This document shows positions 44,322-52,520 of a stretch of 64,000 nucleotides of DNA, piece after piece (the stretch's first letter is position 1; each line of letters opens with the position of its first letter). The notes beneath the pieces are model-generated. The model was not told where the DNA came from. It searched no databases and saw only the letters and a program-made list of their open reading frames with translations. The position numbers were made by a program, and so were the translations under genes. Origin of the DNA: Defluviitaleaceae bacterium (GTDB lineage: Bacteria > Bacillota > Clostridia > Lachnospirales > WQUN01); assembly GCA_009787785.1 (NCBI GenBank), contig WQSR01000009.1, positions 3,638 through 67,637 of the forward strand, read 5' to 3'.

Positions 44322-46207
44322 TGAACGCGGATAATATTATCTTCATCGAAATGGAAAGCCGTGACGCCGCTTTCCATTTTTCGCTTGAGGAATATTTAAT
44401 GCAGGGGCATGTCCACGGCACAGCGGATATCATGATGCTCTGGCAGGTTGACCCGTGTGTGATGCTGGGCAACAATCAAATTGCCCAGGCCGAAGTGGAT
44501 ACGCATTTCGCACAGCGCGAGGGGATTCAGCTTACGCGCCGTTCCAGCGGGGGAGGGGCGATTTACGCCGACGGGGGGACGTTATTTTATACCTGGATTT
44601 CGTGCCACGCTTCACCGGAATCCGCTAAGGAACAATTCGCGGATTCCATCGTGGACGCATTGACCGGCATGGGCATCCCCGCGAAAAAGGAAGGCCGCAA
44701 TGACATCTGCGTGGAGGGGAAAAAAATCACGGGCATGGCCCAATACGCAAGGCACGGCAGGATTTGCACCCACGGTTCCCTGCTATATGACACAGATTTG
44801 GAAAAGCTTGCCTGTGTCCTGCAACCGGACAATAAAAAATTTCAGGGGAAGGCTGTGCGCTCGGTGCGCAGTCGGGTGGGGAATGTAAAGGATATCGCGG
44901 GCTTGACCCGCAACTCCCTAAGCGAAACTACCATCGGCAAATTCAAAACGAAATTAAAACACAAATTATTGCACGAAAAGAAATTTATCGAATATTCCCT
45001 GACAAAAAATGACATTCACGAAATAAACAAAATAAATAAAAACAAATACGCGAACCCTGTTTGGACCTTCGGTCACGCGCCGAATTTTACTTTTCACAAC
45101 AGCAAGCGTTTCCCCGGCGGCACAGTGGGGATATATATAAATGTAGAAAAAGGCGTGGTGCAGGATTGCGCCATTCGCGGGGATTTTTTGGGCATCGCCC
45201 CCATAAATGAACTGGAGCGGCACTTCATAGGCAAGCCCTTCCGGTACGACGCCCTTTGCGACAGCATCAACGGCGTAGAGCTCCAGCCCTACCTGGGCAA
45301 TATCAGCCGGGACGAATTTTTATCCCTCCACGCACCGGAGCGCAAGCCGGACTGGCTACGCCTTCGCCATGTTGAAAACCCCAATCAGGAATATGTTGAA
45401 AAAATTTTGCGCGAAAATAACCTGAACACCGTATGCCGCGAGGCCAACTGTCCCAACCAAGGAGAATGCTTCTCCCAAAAAACCGCGACTTTTATTATTA
45501 TGGGGACACACTGCACGCGGAGCTGTCGTTTTTGTAATATTCAAAATGGCCCGCCCAAGCCCCTCGACTCCGGCGAGCCCCAACGCGTGGCCAATGCGAT
45601 AAAATCGCTGGAATTGAAATACGCGGTCATCACCTCGGTGACGCGGGACGACTTGCCCGACGGCGGCGCGGCCCATTTCGCCAAAACCATCGCGGAAATC
45701 CGCAAGGCCACCCCGGAAACCCTCATCGAGGTGCTGATACCCGATTTCGCCGGGGATTTCGCCGCCCTCAAAACCGTAACGGACGCCACCCCCGACGTAA
45801 TCAGCCACAACATGGAGACCGTGGCCTCCCTCTACGATATTGTCCGTCCCCAAGCCGGGTACCGCCGTTCCCTGGAAATAATCCACAAAATAAAGCAGTT
45901 AAATCCCCGTATCCGCACAAAAAGCGGCATCATGCTGGGCATGGGCGAAACCGACGAAGAAATCCACGCCGTTATGCGCGACCTGCGGGAGGCGGACTGT
46001 GCAATTTTGACCATCGGGCAATATCTCCCGCCTTCTGACCGCCACCACCGTGTGGCGGAATATGTAACGCCGCAAAAATTCGAGGCATGGGGCGTGGCGG
46101 CCCGGGAAGCCGGCTTCGCCTTCGTGGCGTCCGCGCCCCTCGTCAGGAGCTCCTTCCGCGCAGGTGAGGCGGGCAAACTACTCCCACTAAACGGAGGCAT
46201 ACAATGA
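44321..46207 (+). CDS. Fusion protein: lipoate-protein ligase A (LplA) N-terminal half and lipoyl synthase (LipA) C-terminal half
   Basis: 628 aa. Residues about 1-330 are LplA-like (RRSSGGGAIYADGG...KITGMAQ). Residues about 335-628 are LipA, with the auxiliary cluster CREANCPNQGEC, the radical-SAM motif CTRSCRFC, and the C-terminal RSSF. Confidence 0.85.
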   Translation: MNADNIIFIEMESRDAAFHFSLEEYLMQGHVHGTADIMMLWQVDPCVMLGNNQIAQAEVDTHFAQREGIQLTRRSSGGGAIYADGGTLFYTWISCHASPESAKEQFADSIVDALTGMGIPAKKEGRNDICVEGKKITGMAQYARHGRICTHGSLLYDTDLEKLACVLQPDNKKFQGKAVRSVRSRVGNVKDIAGLTRNSLSETTIGKFKTKLKHKLLHEKKFIEYSLTKNDIHEINKINKNKYANPVWTFGHAPNFTFHNSKRFPGGTVGIYINVEKGVVQDCAIRGDFLGIAPINELERHFIGKPFRYDALCDSINGVELQPYLGNISRDEFLSLHAPERKPDWLRLRHVENPNQEYVEKILRENNLNTVCREANCPNQGECFSQKTATFIIMGTHCTRSCRFCNIQNGPPKPLDSGEPQRVANAIKSLELKYAVITSVTRDDLPDGGAAHFAKTIAEIRKATPETLIEVLIPDFAGDFAALKTVTDATPDVISHNMETVASLYDIVRPQAGYRRSLEIIHKIKQLNPRIRTKSGIMLGMGETDEEIHAVMRDLREADCAILTIGQYLPPSDRHHRVAEYVTPQKFEAWGVAAREAGFAFVASAPLVRSSFRAGEAGKLLPLNGGIQ

Positions 46208-49200
46208 AGATAAGCGTGAAAAAAGGGCTTGTAAGCTTTGTGTACGGCCTGATTTTTGGGGTTGGCAGTCCCGTTCCGGGGGTCAGTGCGGGAACGGTGG
46301 CGATTTTGCTCAATGTGTATGACAAATTTTTCAATTCAATTAACAAGGCCGCCGCGAAGAAGAATTTGCTCCCCATTATTATTTTTTTGCTGGGGTGGAT
46401 TGCGGGTCTTTTAAGCATCAGCAATGTGATGCTGTTTCTCTTTGAAAACCACGGAAAATTAATTTCCTTTACCTTCATCGGGCTGGTGTCGGGGTGCATC
46501 CCCATGATTTATCGAAAGGCAAAGGCAGGCCCCGGGAAAATCTGGCACGGCGTTGCCTTCCTGGCGGCACTGGGATTTATGTTTTTCCTTGCCTTCTACG
46601 GCGGGGATTTAACGACAAACAATACCCTCGAACAACTGGGGGGTGTGACGCCAACCCTGCTGATTTGGCTTTTTGTCGCGTGTTTTTTCAGCTCCATGGC
46701 CATGCTCATCCCCGGGGTGGGCGGGTCGCTGATGATGATTGTATTCGGCATTTATACGATTTACATTGAAGCGGTGGCCACCTTTGATATTGTTGTACTG
46801 GGTGTTTTTGTCGTCAGCATGGTCTTGGGGGTGCTGGCGGGCATTTTAATTACGAAAAAAATATTGGAGCGTTTCCCCAAAATGCTGTACTGCGCGATTT
46901 TGGGTTTAATCCTTGGCTCTTTGTTGCTGTTGTACCCCGGATTTACCTTTGGCTTGGAGGGCATGTTGGCCATCGCGCTGGCCGGTGTGGGATTTGGGTT
47001 TGCCTACTGGCTTTCGAAAAAGGAGGCGCGGGAGCCGGAAATCAGCCTTCCCGAAGCCTCGCCTCGTGAAATTGCCCATCAAAACCTCGCCCGTCAGGCC
47101 GCCGCCGAAGGCATTGTACTGTTGGAAAACGACGGTACGCTACCCATCCCGCCTGGCCGGATTGCGCTATACGGCGCGGGGGCGGCGGCCACGATTAAAG
47201 GCGGGACGGGCAGTGGTGAGGTCAACGAGCGGCATTCCGTGACTATCCGCGAGGGGCTCGTCCGTGCCGGATTTGAAATCACCACCCCGGCGTGGCTGGA
47301 CGAATATGTACACCTGCTGGCGGCGAAAAAGAAGCAGTTTTACCGCAAATTCTTTAGAAAGGCGTGGGTTGCGGCCTTCGGCGACGACGACTTGCGCATT
47401 AACATCATGGCGGATTTCTTCCGTTATCCCGTGGGGCCGCTGATAGCAGATATTTCCGACGATGCCGATACCTGCATTTACGTTATCGCAAGGCAAGCCG
47501 GGGAATGCTCCGACCGCAGTTTGGAAAAATTCGATTACCTCCTGGAACCTGACGAAATAGCTAACATAAAAACGGTGGCCGCGCACTACCGCAAGACCAT
47601 CATCGCCATCAACGTGGGCGGCTACATGGATTTGACCCCCTTGGATGAAATGGAAGGCATTAACGCGGTGGTCTTCTTTTGCCAGCAGGGCATGGAGGGC
47701 GGGAATGCATTTGCCGATGTTATAACCGGAAAAATTTCGCCTTCGGGATGCTTGTCCGGCACATGGACGAAAAAATATGACGATATTCCTTTCGCCCGAG
47801 AATACAGTTACTTCAAAGGGGAGCGCGTACAGAACAAAATAAAGGAATACTATAAGGAGGGCATCTATGTCGGCTACCGTTATTTTGACAGTTTTGGGGT
47901 GGTGCCCAGATATGAATTTGGATATGGCCTGACCTATTCAGAGTTCAAAATCGAATACGTCCATTCAACCGTGGAGAAAACAAAAATAGTAACGTCAGTA
48001 CGTGTAATCAACACCGGGAAATACGCCGGGAAAAAAGTCGTCCAACTCTACGCAAGCTGTCCCCACGGGCGGCTCACCCGGGAATACCAGAGCCTTGCCG
48101 CCTTCGGAAAAACCCGCACCCTTCAACCCGGCGAAGCCGAAACCATCGCCATGTCCTTTGATTTTGCCGCCTTGGCGGGATACGACACGCCGTCCTCCTC
48201 GTTTTTGCTGGAGGCGGGGGAGTATATTTTGCGCCTGGGTTCTTCCTCCAGACAAGCGGAGGCCGTGGCGGTGGCCACCCTGGACAAGCGCGTAATCACC
48301 GAGCAATGCAAGCCCATTTGCCCCCTGGCAGACATCCTGGATGAAATAATCCCCCCAGCCGGCACCCGCGAAGAAATGTGCGTTACAACCGAAAAACTAA
48401 CCATCCGCGCCGATGATTTTTTCACAAAAAAAATTACCTACGACTTGCCGGAGCCCCAATACAGCCCGAAGGTACAGGAATGGATGAAATCCCTCACCTT
48501 GGACGACATGATGAAATGCGTGGTGGGAACGGGATTTTTCTCCTCCAGCAGAAAAGGGCTGACCGCTCCCGGCGCGGCGGGGAGGACGACGCGGGATTTT
48601 GTGGACAAGGGCATCCCGGAGGTGATTTTTTGCGACGGCCCGGCGGGGCTTAGGTTGCGCAGAACATCGGTTATAACCCCCTCGGGCAAAATCAAGCCCG
48701 CAGACGCCATGCTGGAAATGCTGAACCATATCCCCGCCATATTCAAGAAATGGGTCTTCGCCGACCCCAGCAAAGGCCGGCCCTCTTACCAATTCGCCAC
48801 GGCCTTCCCCGTGGGCATGGCCATAGCCCAGACCTGGAGCGTGGATTTGCTGGAACGCTTCGGTCAAGCCATAGGCACGGAAATGAAGGAATTTGGCGGG
48901 AATTACTGGCTGGCCCCCGGCATGAACATCCACCGCAACCCCCTGTGCGGCCGCAATTACGAATACTACAGCGAAGACCCGCTACTCTCTGGCAAGCTGG
49001 CCGCCGCGGCAACCATTGGCTTGCAAAGCTTTCCCGGATGCGCCGCCACCATCAAGCACTTTGTGGCCAACAACCAGGAAACCTGGCGCAACCATTCCGA
49101 CAGCGTCGTCTCCGAACGCGCCCTGCGCGAAATTTACCTGCGCGGCTTTAAAACCGCCGTCACGGAAGGCGGCGCGAAGTCCGTCATGACCAGCTACAAC

Positions 49201-49545
49201 CTCGTAAACGGCACCTACACCCCCAACAGTCACGACTTGTGCACAAAAGTCCTGCGCTGTGAATGGGGCTTCAACGGCGTGGTCATGACCGACTGGCTCT
49301 CCACCGGAAAAAATATGGCAAAGAACGGACTGGCCCTGAAAAGCGGCAACGATTTAATCATGCCGGGCGGGAAGGGGTACCTGAAGAAATTGCAAGCAGA
49401 TTTCGCGAAGGGCGAGGTATCGGAAGCAGACATTCGCCGCTGTTGCGGCAATATATTGGAAGCTATTCACACGGAGGAAAAATATGGGAGAAACAGCGCA
49501 GTCTTTGAGAGAAAAAGGCATATGCCCAACTTGTTACAATCGTGA
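46204..49545 (+). CDS. Fusion protein: DUF368 polytopic membrane domain and permuted family-3 glycoside hydrolase
   Basis: 1113 aa. Residues 1 to about 280 carry two DUF368 repeats (VPGVSAGT and IPGVGGSL) and about 8 TM segments. The rest is GH3 in the order sandwich domain, Fn3-like domain, then barrel. It contains KHFVANNQE and the nucleophile context GVVMTDW. ATGA overlap with the upstream stop. Confidence 0.85.
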   Translation: MKISVKKGLVSFVYGLIFGVGSPVPGVSAGTVAILLNVYDKFFNSINKAAAKKNLLPIIIFLLGWIAGLLSISNVMLFLFENHGKLISFTFIGLVSGCIPMIYRKAKAGPGKIWHGVAFLAALGFMFFLAFYGGDLTTNNTLEQLGGVTPTLLIWLFVACFFSSMAMLIPGVGGSLMMIVFGIYTIYIEAVATFDIVVLGVFVVSMVLGVLAGILITKKILERFPKMLYCAILGLILGSLLLLYPGFTFGLEGMLAIALAGVGFGFAYWLSKKEAREPEISLPEASPREIAHQNLARQAAAEGIVLLENDGTLPIPPGRIALYGAGAAATIKGGTGSGEVNERHSVTIREGLVRAGFEITTPAWLDEYVHLLAAKKKQFYRKFFRKAWVAAFGDDDLRINIMADFFRYPVGPLIADISDDADTCIYVIARQAGECSDRSLEKFDYLLEPDEIANIKTVAAHYRKTIIAINVGGYMDLTPLDEMEGINAVVFFCQQGMEGGNAFADVITGKISPSGCLSGTWTKKYDDIPFAREYSYFKGERVQNKIKEYYKEGIYVGYRYFDSFGVVPRYEFGYGLTYSEFKIEYVHSTVEKTKIVTSVRVINTGKYAGKKVVQLYASCPHGRLTREYQSLAAFGKTRTLQPGEAETIAMSFDFAALAGYDTPSSSFLLEAGEYILRLGSSSRQAEAVAVATLDKRVITEQCKPICPLADILDEIIPPAGTREEMCVTTEKLTIRADDFFTKKITYDLPEPQYSPKVQEWMKSLTLDDMMKCVVGTGFFSSSRKGLTAPGAAGRTTRDFVDKGIPEVIFCDGPAGLRLRRTSVITPSGKIKPADAMLEMLNHIPAIFKKWVFADPSKGRPSYQFATAFPVGMAIAQTWSVDLLERFGQAIGTEMKEFGGNYWLAPGMNIHRNPLCGRNYEYYSEDPLLSGKLAAAATIGLQSFPGCAATIKHFVANNQETWRNHSDSVVSERALREIYLRGFKTAVTEGGAKSVMTSYNLVNGTYTPNSHDLCTKVLRCEWGFNGVVMTDWLSTGKNMAKNGLALKSGNDLIMPGGKGYLKKLQADFAKGEVSEADIRRCCGNILEAIHTEEKYGRNSAVFERKRHMPNLLQS

Positions 49546-49939
49546 ACATGGCGGCATTTATGAGGACATAGCCGAAAGAATGTTATATGAAGATGATTTA
49601 TTAGCATGTTTTTTTGAAATCAAACCCCGCCAAGTTGGGCACACGATTATTTTATTAAGAGAACATTATCATGATATGTCTTTTATACCGGATGATGTAT
49701 GCGCGGCAGTTTATGTGTTTGCTAAAAAAGTTATGAATGTATTAAAAGAAGTATTACATGTCGAGAGGGTTTATTTGTGTACAATGTGTGATACAAAAGC
49801 GAACCATTTTCATGTTCAGTTGATTCCAAGACACCCTGATACAATTCATGGTTCAGTTAATTTTGTAAAAGAACGCATGGATTATGTAGAAAACAAAACA
49901 CACATAAGCATGATTAGAGAAAAGTTAAAAAATGACTAA
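49484..49939 (+). CDS. HIT-family (histidine triad) protein
   Basis: 151 aa. GGAGGAAAAAT RBS. Triad variant NHFHVQLIP. Overlaps the GH3 3' end by 62 nt. AT-rich. Confidence 0.75.
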   Translation: MGETAQSLREKGICPTCYNREHGGIYEDIAERMLYEDDLLACFFEIKPRQVGHTIILLREHYHDMSFIPDDVCAAVYVFAKKVMNVLKEVLHVERVYLCTMCDTKANHFHVQLIPRHPDTIHGSVNFVKERMDYVENKTHISMIREKLKND

Positions 49940-49978
49940 TGGTATTATTTCAGTTACTAAAAAGGGGGGAATTATTTA

Positions 49979-50596
49979 ATGAACATTGAAATACGGAAGC
50001 TAACACCTAACAATGTGGATGATTACGCTTGCTTTTTCGATACTACACCGCACAACAACGCAAACAAAGGTGATAAATGTTATTGTGTGACATTTTGCAA
50101 TGACAAAGTTTATCACGGCGGCGGCGAACATTGGTATCCAACGCCGGATGAACGCAGAACGCACGGCATAAAGCGCGTAATGGAAGGCGATATACAGGGT
50201 TATTTAGCTTACAGCGAAGATAATGTAATCGGTTGGTGCAACGCCAACGCTAAGACAAATTGCCAGTTTGTTATAGCTAATATGCAAACCAGAGCGGGTG
50301 TTCCTGTAGAGGATTGCAGAGCAGACGAAAAAATAAAATCCGTTTTTTGTTTTGCGATTGCGCCAAAGGTACAAAAAATGGGCATTGCCACGCGATTGCT
50401 TGAGCATATTTGCAAAGAAGCCGCCACAGAGGGTTTTGACTTTGTTGAAGCATATACACATAGAGATTTTATACAAGACGGTTTTAGAGGAACTTTAACA
50501 TTGTATAAAAATTGTGGGTTTAGCATATACGCAGAAAAGGACGGCAAATTAGTTGTGCGAAAAGAATTAAAAAACATGCATCGTTTCGTACATTAA
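49979..50596 (+). CDS. GNAT-family N-acetyltransferase
   Basis: 205 aa. Acetyl-CoA motif region IAPKVQKMGIATRLLEHI. AT-rich. Confidence 0.75.
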   Translation: MNIEIRKLTPNNVDDYACFFDTTPHNNANKGDKCYCVTFCNDKVYHGGGEHWYPTPDERRTHGIKRVMEGDIQGYLAYSEDNVIGWCNANAKTNCQFVIANMQTRAGVPVEDCRADEKIKSVFCFAIAPKVQKMGIATRLLEHICKEAATEGFDFVEAYTHRDFIQDGFRGTLTLYKNCGFSIYAEKDGKLVVRKELKNMHRFVH

Positions 50597-50805
50597 CCCG
50601 CTTGTTGGCTTGTATAAATCATGGGCTTGGGGATAAATATGCCTTTGTTATGCATTACTTCTAATTGTAGCTGTATTGCTTCTTGTATTTCCCGTATTGC
50701 TTCCTCTCTTGTGTCGCCATGAGCCATGCATCCCTTTAATTCAGGAACAGACGCCACATATATTTTGTCGATGTCATCATATTGAATCAATATTGAATAT
50801 TGCAT
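50593..50805 (-). CDS. hicB: HicB-family antitoxin
   Basis: The ATG at 50803-50805 follows GGAGGTG. The product MQYSILIQYDDIDKIYVASVPELKGCMAHGDTREEAIREIQEAI has the typical HicB N-terminal fold. Confidence 0.8.
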   Translation of the reverse strand: MQYSILIQYDDIDKIYVASVPELKGCMAHGDTREEAIREIQEAIQLQLEVMHNKGIFIPKPMIYTSQQAG

Positions 50806-50821
50806 ATTGCACCTCCATGAA

Positions 50822-51061
50822 CTAAAGACCATGTGCCATTATTATTCCACGTAATTGTCTAACTTGATACCCTTTTGCCTTATTACCGTCTGGTTGAATG
50901 TTCATAAATTCGCCGATTCCATTATGGTAATAAATAACATGTGACCCTTTTTGCCGTTCAAATATAAACCCCAAATCTATAATAAGATTTTGAAAGTCAG
51001 CATATCTAATATTATTATCTGATTGTCCATTTATTACAACGTAGTATATTTTATTTTTCAT
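50822..51061 (-). CDS. hicA: HicA-family mRNA interferase toxin
   Basis: The ATG at 51059-51061 follows AAGGTG. Motif ERQKGSHVIYYH. Immediately upstream of hicB. Confidence 0.8.
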   Translation of the reverse strand: MKNKIYYVVINGQSDNNIRYADFQNLIIDLGFIFERQKGSHVIYYHNGIGEFMNIQPDGNKAKGYQVRQLRGIIMAHGL

Positions 51062-51118
51062 TCGGCTATACACCTTGAATAATGAGAGTGAATAAGAATG
51101 CTTGACAACATCTCTTGG

Positions 51119-51153
51119 AAAAACCCCGCAAATGTTGATTTTGCGGGGTTTTT
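51119..51153 (-). terminator. Intrinsic terminator after tRNA-Trp (flanking A and T runs make it bidirectional in shape)
   Basis: CCCCGCAAA-(7 nt)-UUUGCGGGG followed by UUUUU on the minus strand. Confidence 0.7.
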
Positions 51154-51158
51154 ATTTC

Positions 51159-51231
51159 CAGGGGTAGTAGGATTTGAACCCACAACTTTCGGTTTTGGAG
51201 ACCGACGCTCTACCAATTGAACTATACCCCT
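51159..51231 (-). tRNA. tRNA-Trp (anticodon CCA)
   Basis: The minus strand reads AGGGGTATAGTTCAATTGGTAGAGCGTCGGTCTCCAAAACCGAAAGTTGTGGGTTCAAATCCTACTACCCCTG. The cloverleaf arms pair and the anticodon loop is CUCCAAA. Confidence 0.9.
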
Positions 51232-51302
51232 TAGCGGCAACCATTATAATCCCAGGGGCAAATCCTGTCAAACGCAAGGTGGCGGGCTGGGGGGCTTTTG
51301 CG

Positions 51303-52418
51303 CTATCCAAACAGCTCCCGCTTCAAGTCCAGGTAGAATAAATAATTTTCGGGGGTTACGTCCGGGGGGCAGCGGTGGTCGCAGAAGGGTATGAACCCGC
51401 CGCGCTTTACATAGGGCACCAGACTTTTTAAGTAGGATTCAATGGCCGCCGGGCCGGCAATCATTTGCATTTTGTCAACGCCGCCCATGATGCGGAGGGT
51501 GGGGTATTGGTCCAGCAATTCGCCGGGGTGGGCGCAGGAGTTTACCTCGTAGGGGAAAAGGCAGTTGATTCCCGACTCCAGAAAGATGGGTAGCAGGGGG
51601 CGGACATCGCCGTCGCAGTCGGTATACCAAATATCAATGCCGTGGTTGAGCAGTTTTTTATGGATGCGGCTATACCGGGGCATCACCACTTCCTTGAAAA
51701 ACAAGGGCGGCAAAATGGGCCCGTAATTGAAGCAGATATCCTCCCATCCGCTGGCGTAGTCGAAGTCAATCCGCCCCAGTACCTGGTCAAGCATATTCTC
51801 CACCAGCGTACAGCAAGTCTCCACCATGTCCTCCAGCATGTCGGGGTAATCCGCCCAGGTGTAGCACAGCCCTTCGAAGGTGAGCATGTCGCGGATTTTC
51901 CCTATCATGGAGCCGCAATGTATGCCCAAGGGATAATCCCGCCCGGGGGGATGGGCTCGGATAAGCGCGTCCACGTCCATTTTCCGGGCGGGGCTGTTTA
52001 ACCGGAAGCGTTCCTCCTTCACTTTTTTCCAATCGTCTGGCGTTTTGATGGTGGAATCGGTAAAATGGGGGATGGAGGAACGCTTGTCCTGGGCGATTTG
52101 GGCCGTGAGGCCGTCCTCGTTTTGGACGATTAGCTTATTGCCGTTGCGCCCGATTTCCTTGTACGGGAAGGGCGGGTCCATCCACACCCCGCCAAACACC
52201 ATGGCAATAGGGTCGAAGGAGAAAAACACGTTGGCTTCCTCTTCACAGGTGATGCCGTTTTGCACAAATATATCCCATTGGGTATAATTTTCATCCCAGT
52301 AGCCAAATTCCATGTTAAAGCTACGGTCCACGTCCTGAAAGCGCATTTGGCGGCTGAACCGTTCGCGGGGGGTAAGCTCCCCCTTCCATGCGGCTCGTAT
52401 GGGCGCGAAATTTTTCAT
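51303..52418 (-). CDS. Uroporphyrinogen-decarboxylase (URO-D) family protein
   Basis: Start at the ATG at 52416-52418, after AAAGGATGG. 371 aa. Overall resemblance to clostridial URO-D/MtaA-like proteins. The specific function is unknown. Confidence 0.65.
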   Translation of the reverse strand: MKNFAPIRAAWKGELTPRERFSRQMRFQDVDRSFNMEFGYWDENYTQWDIFVQNGITCEEEANVFFSFDPIAMVFGGVWMDPPFPYKEIGRNGNKLIVQNEDGLTAQIAQDKRSSIPHFTDSTIKTPDDWKKVKEERFRLNSPARKMDVDALIRAHPPGRDYPLGIHCGSMIGKIRDMLTFEGLCYTWADYPDMLEDMVETCCTLVENMLDQVLGRIDFDYASGWEDICFNYGPILPPLFFKEVVMPRYSRIHKKLLNHGIDIWYTDCDGDVRPLLPIFLESGINCLFPYEVNSCAHPGELLDQYPTLRIMGGVDKMQMIAGPAAIESYLKSLVPYVKRGGFIPFCDHRCPPDVTPENYLFYLDLKRELFG

Positions 52419-52520
52419 TGAAACCATCCTTTCCGGGATTGGGTTGACCAGTATGGGGGGTATTGATACAATTTCCACGGTTTATATTGGTAATTCTACC
52501 ACAAAAGGAGAAAACAGCCC

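Noticed and set aside
49484-51231. Intact integrative element at tRNA-Trp
   Set aside because: No integrase or recombinase gene is present. I could not find a direct repeat of the tRNA 3' end at the distal border. It is reported only as a compositional islet.
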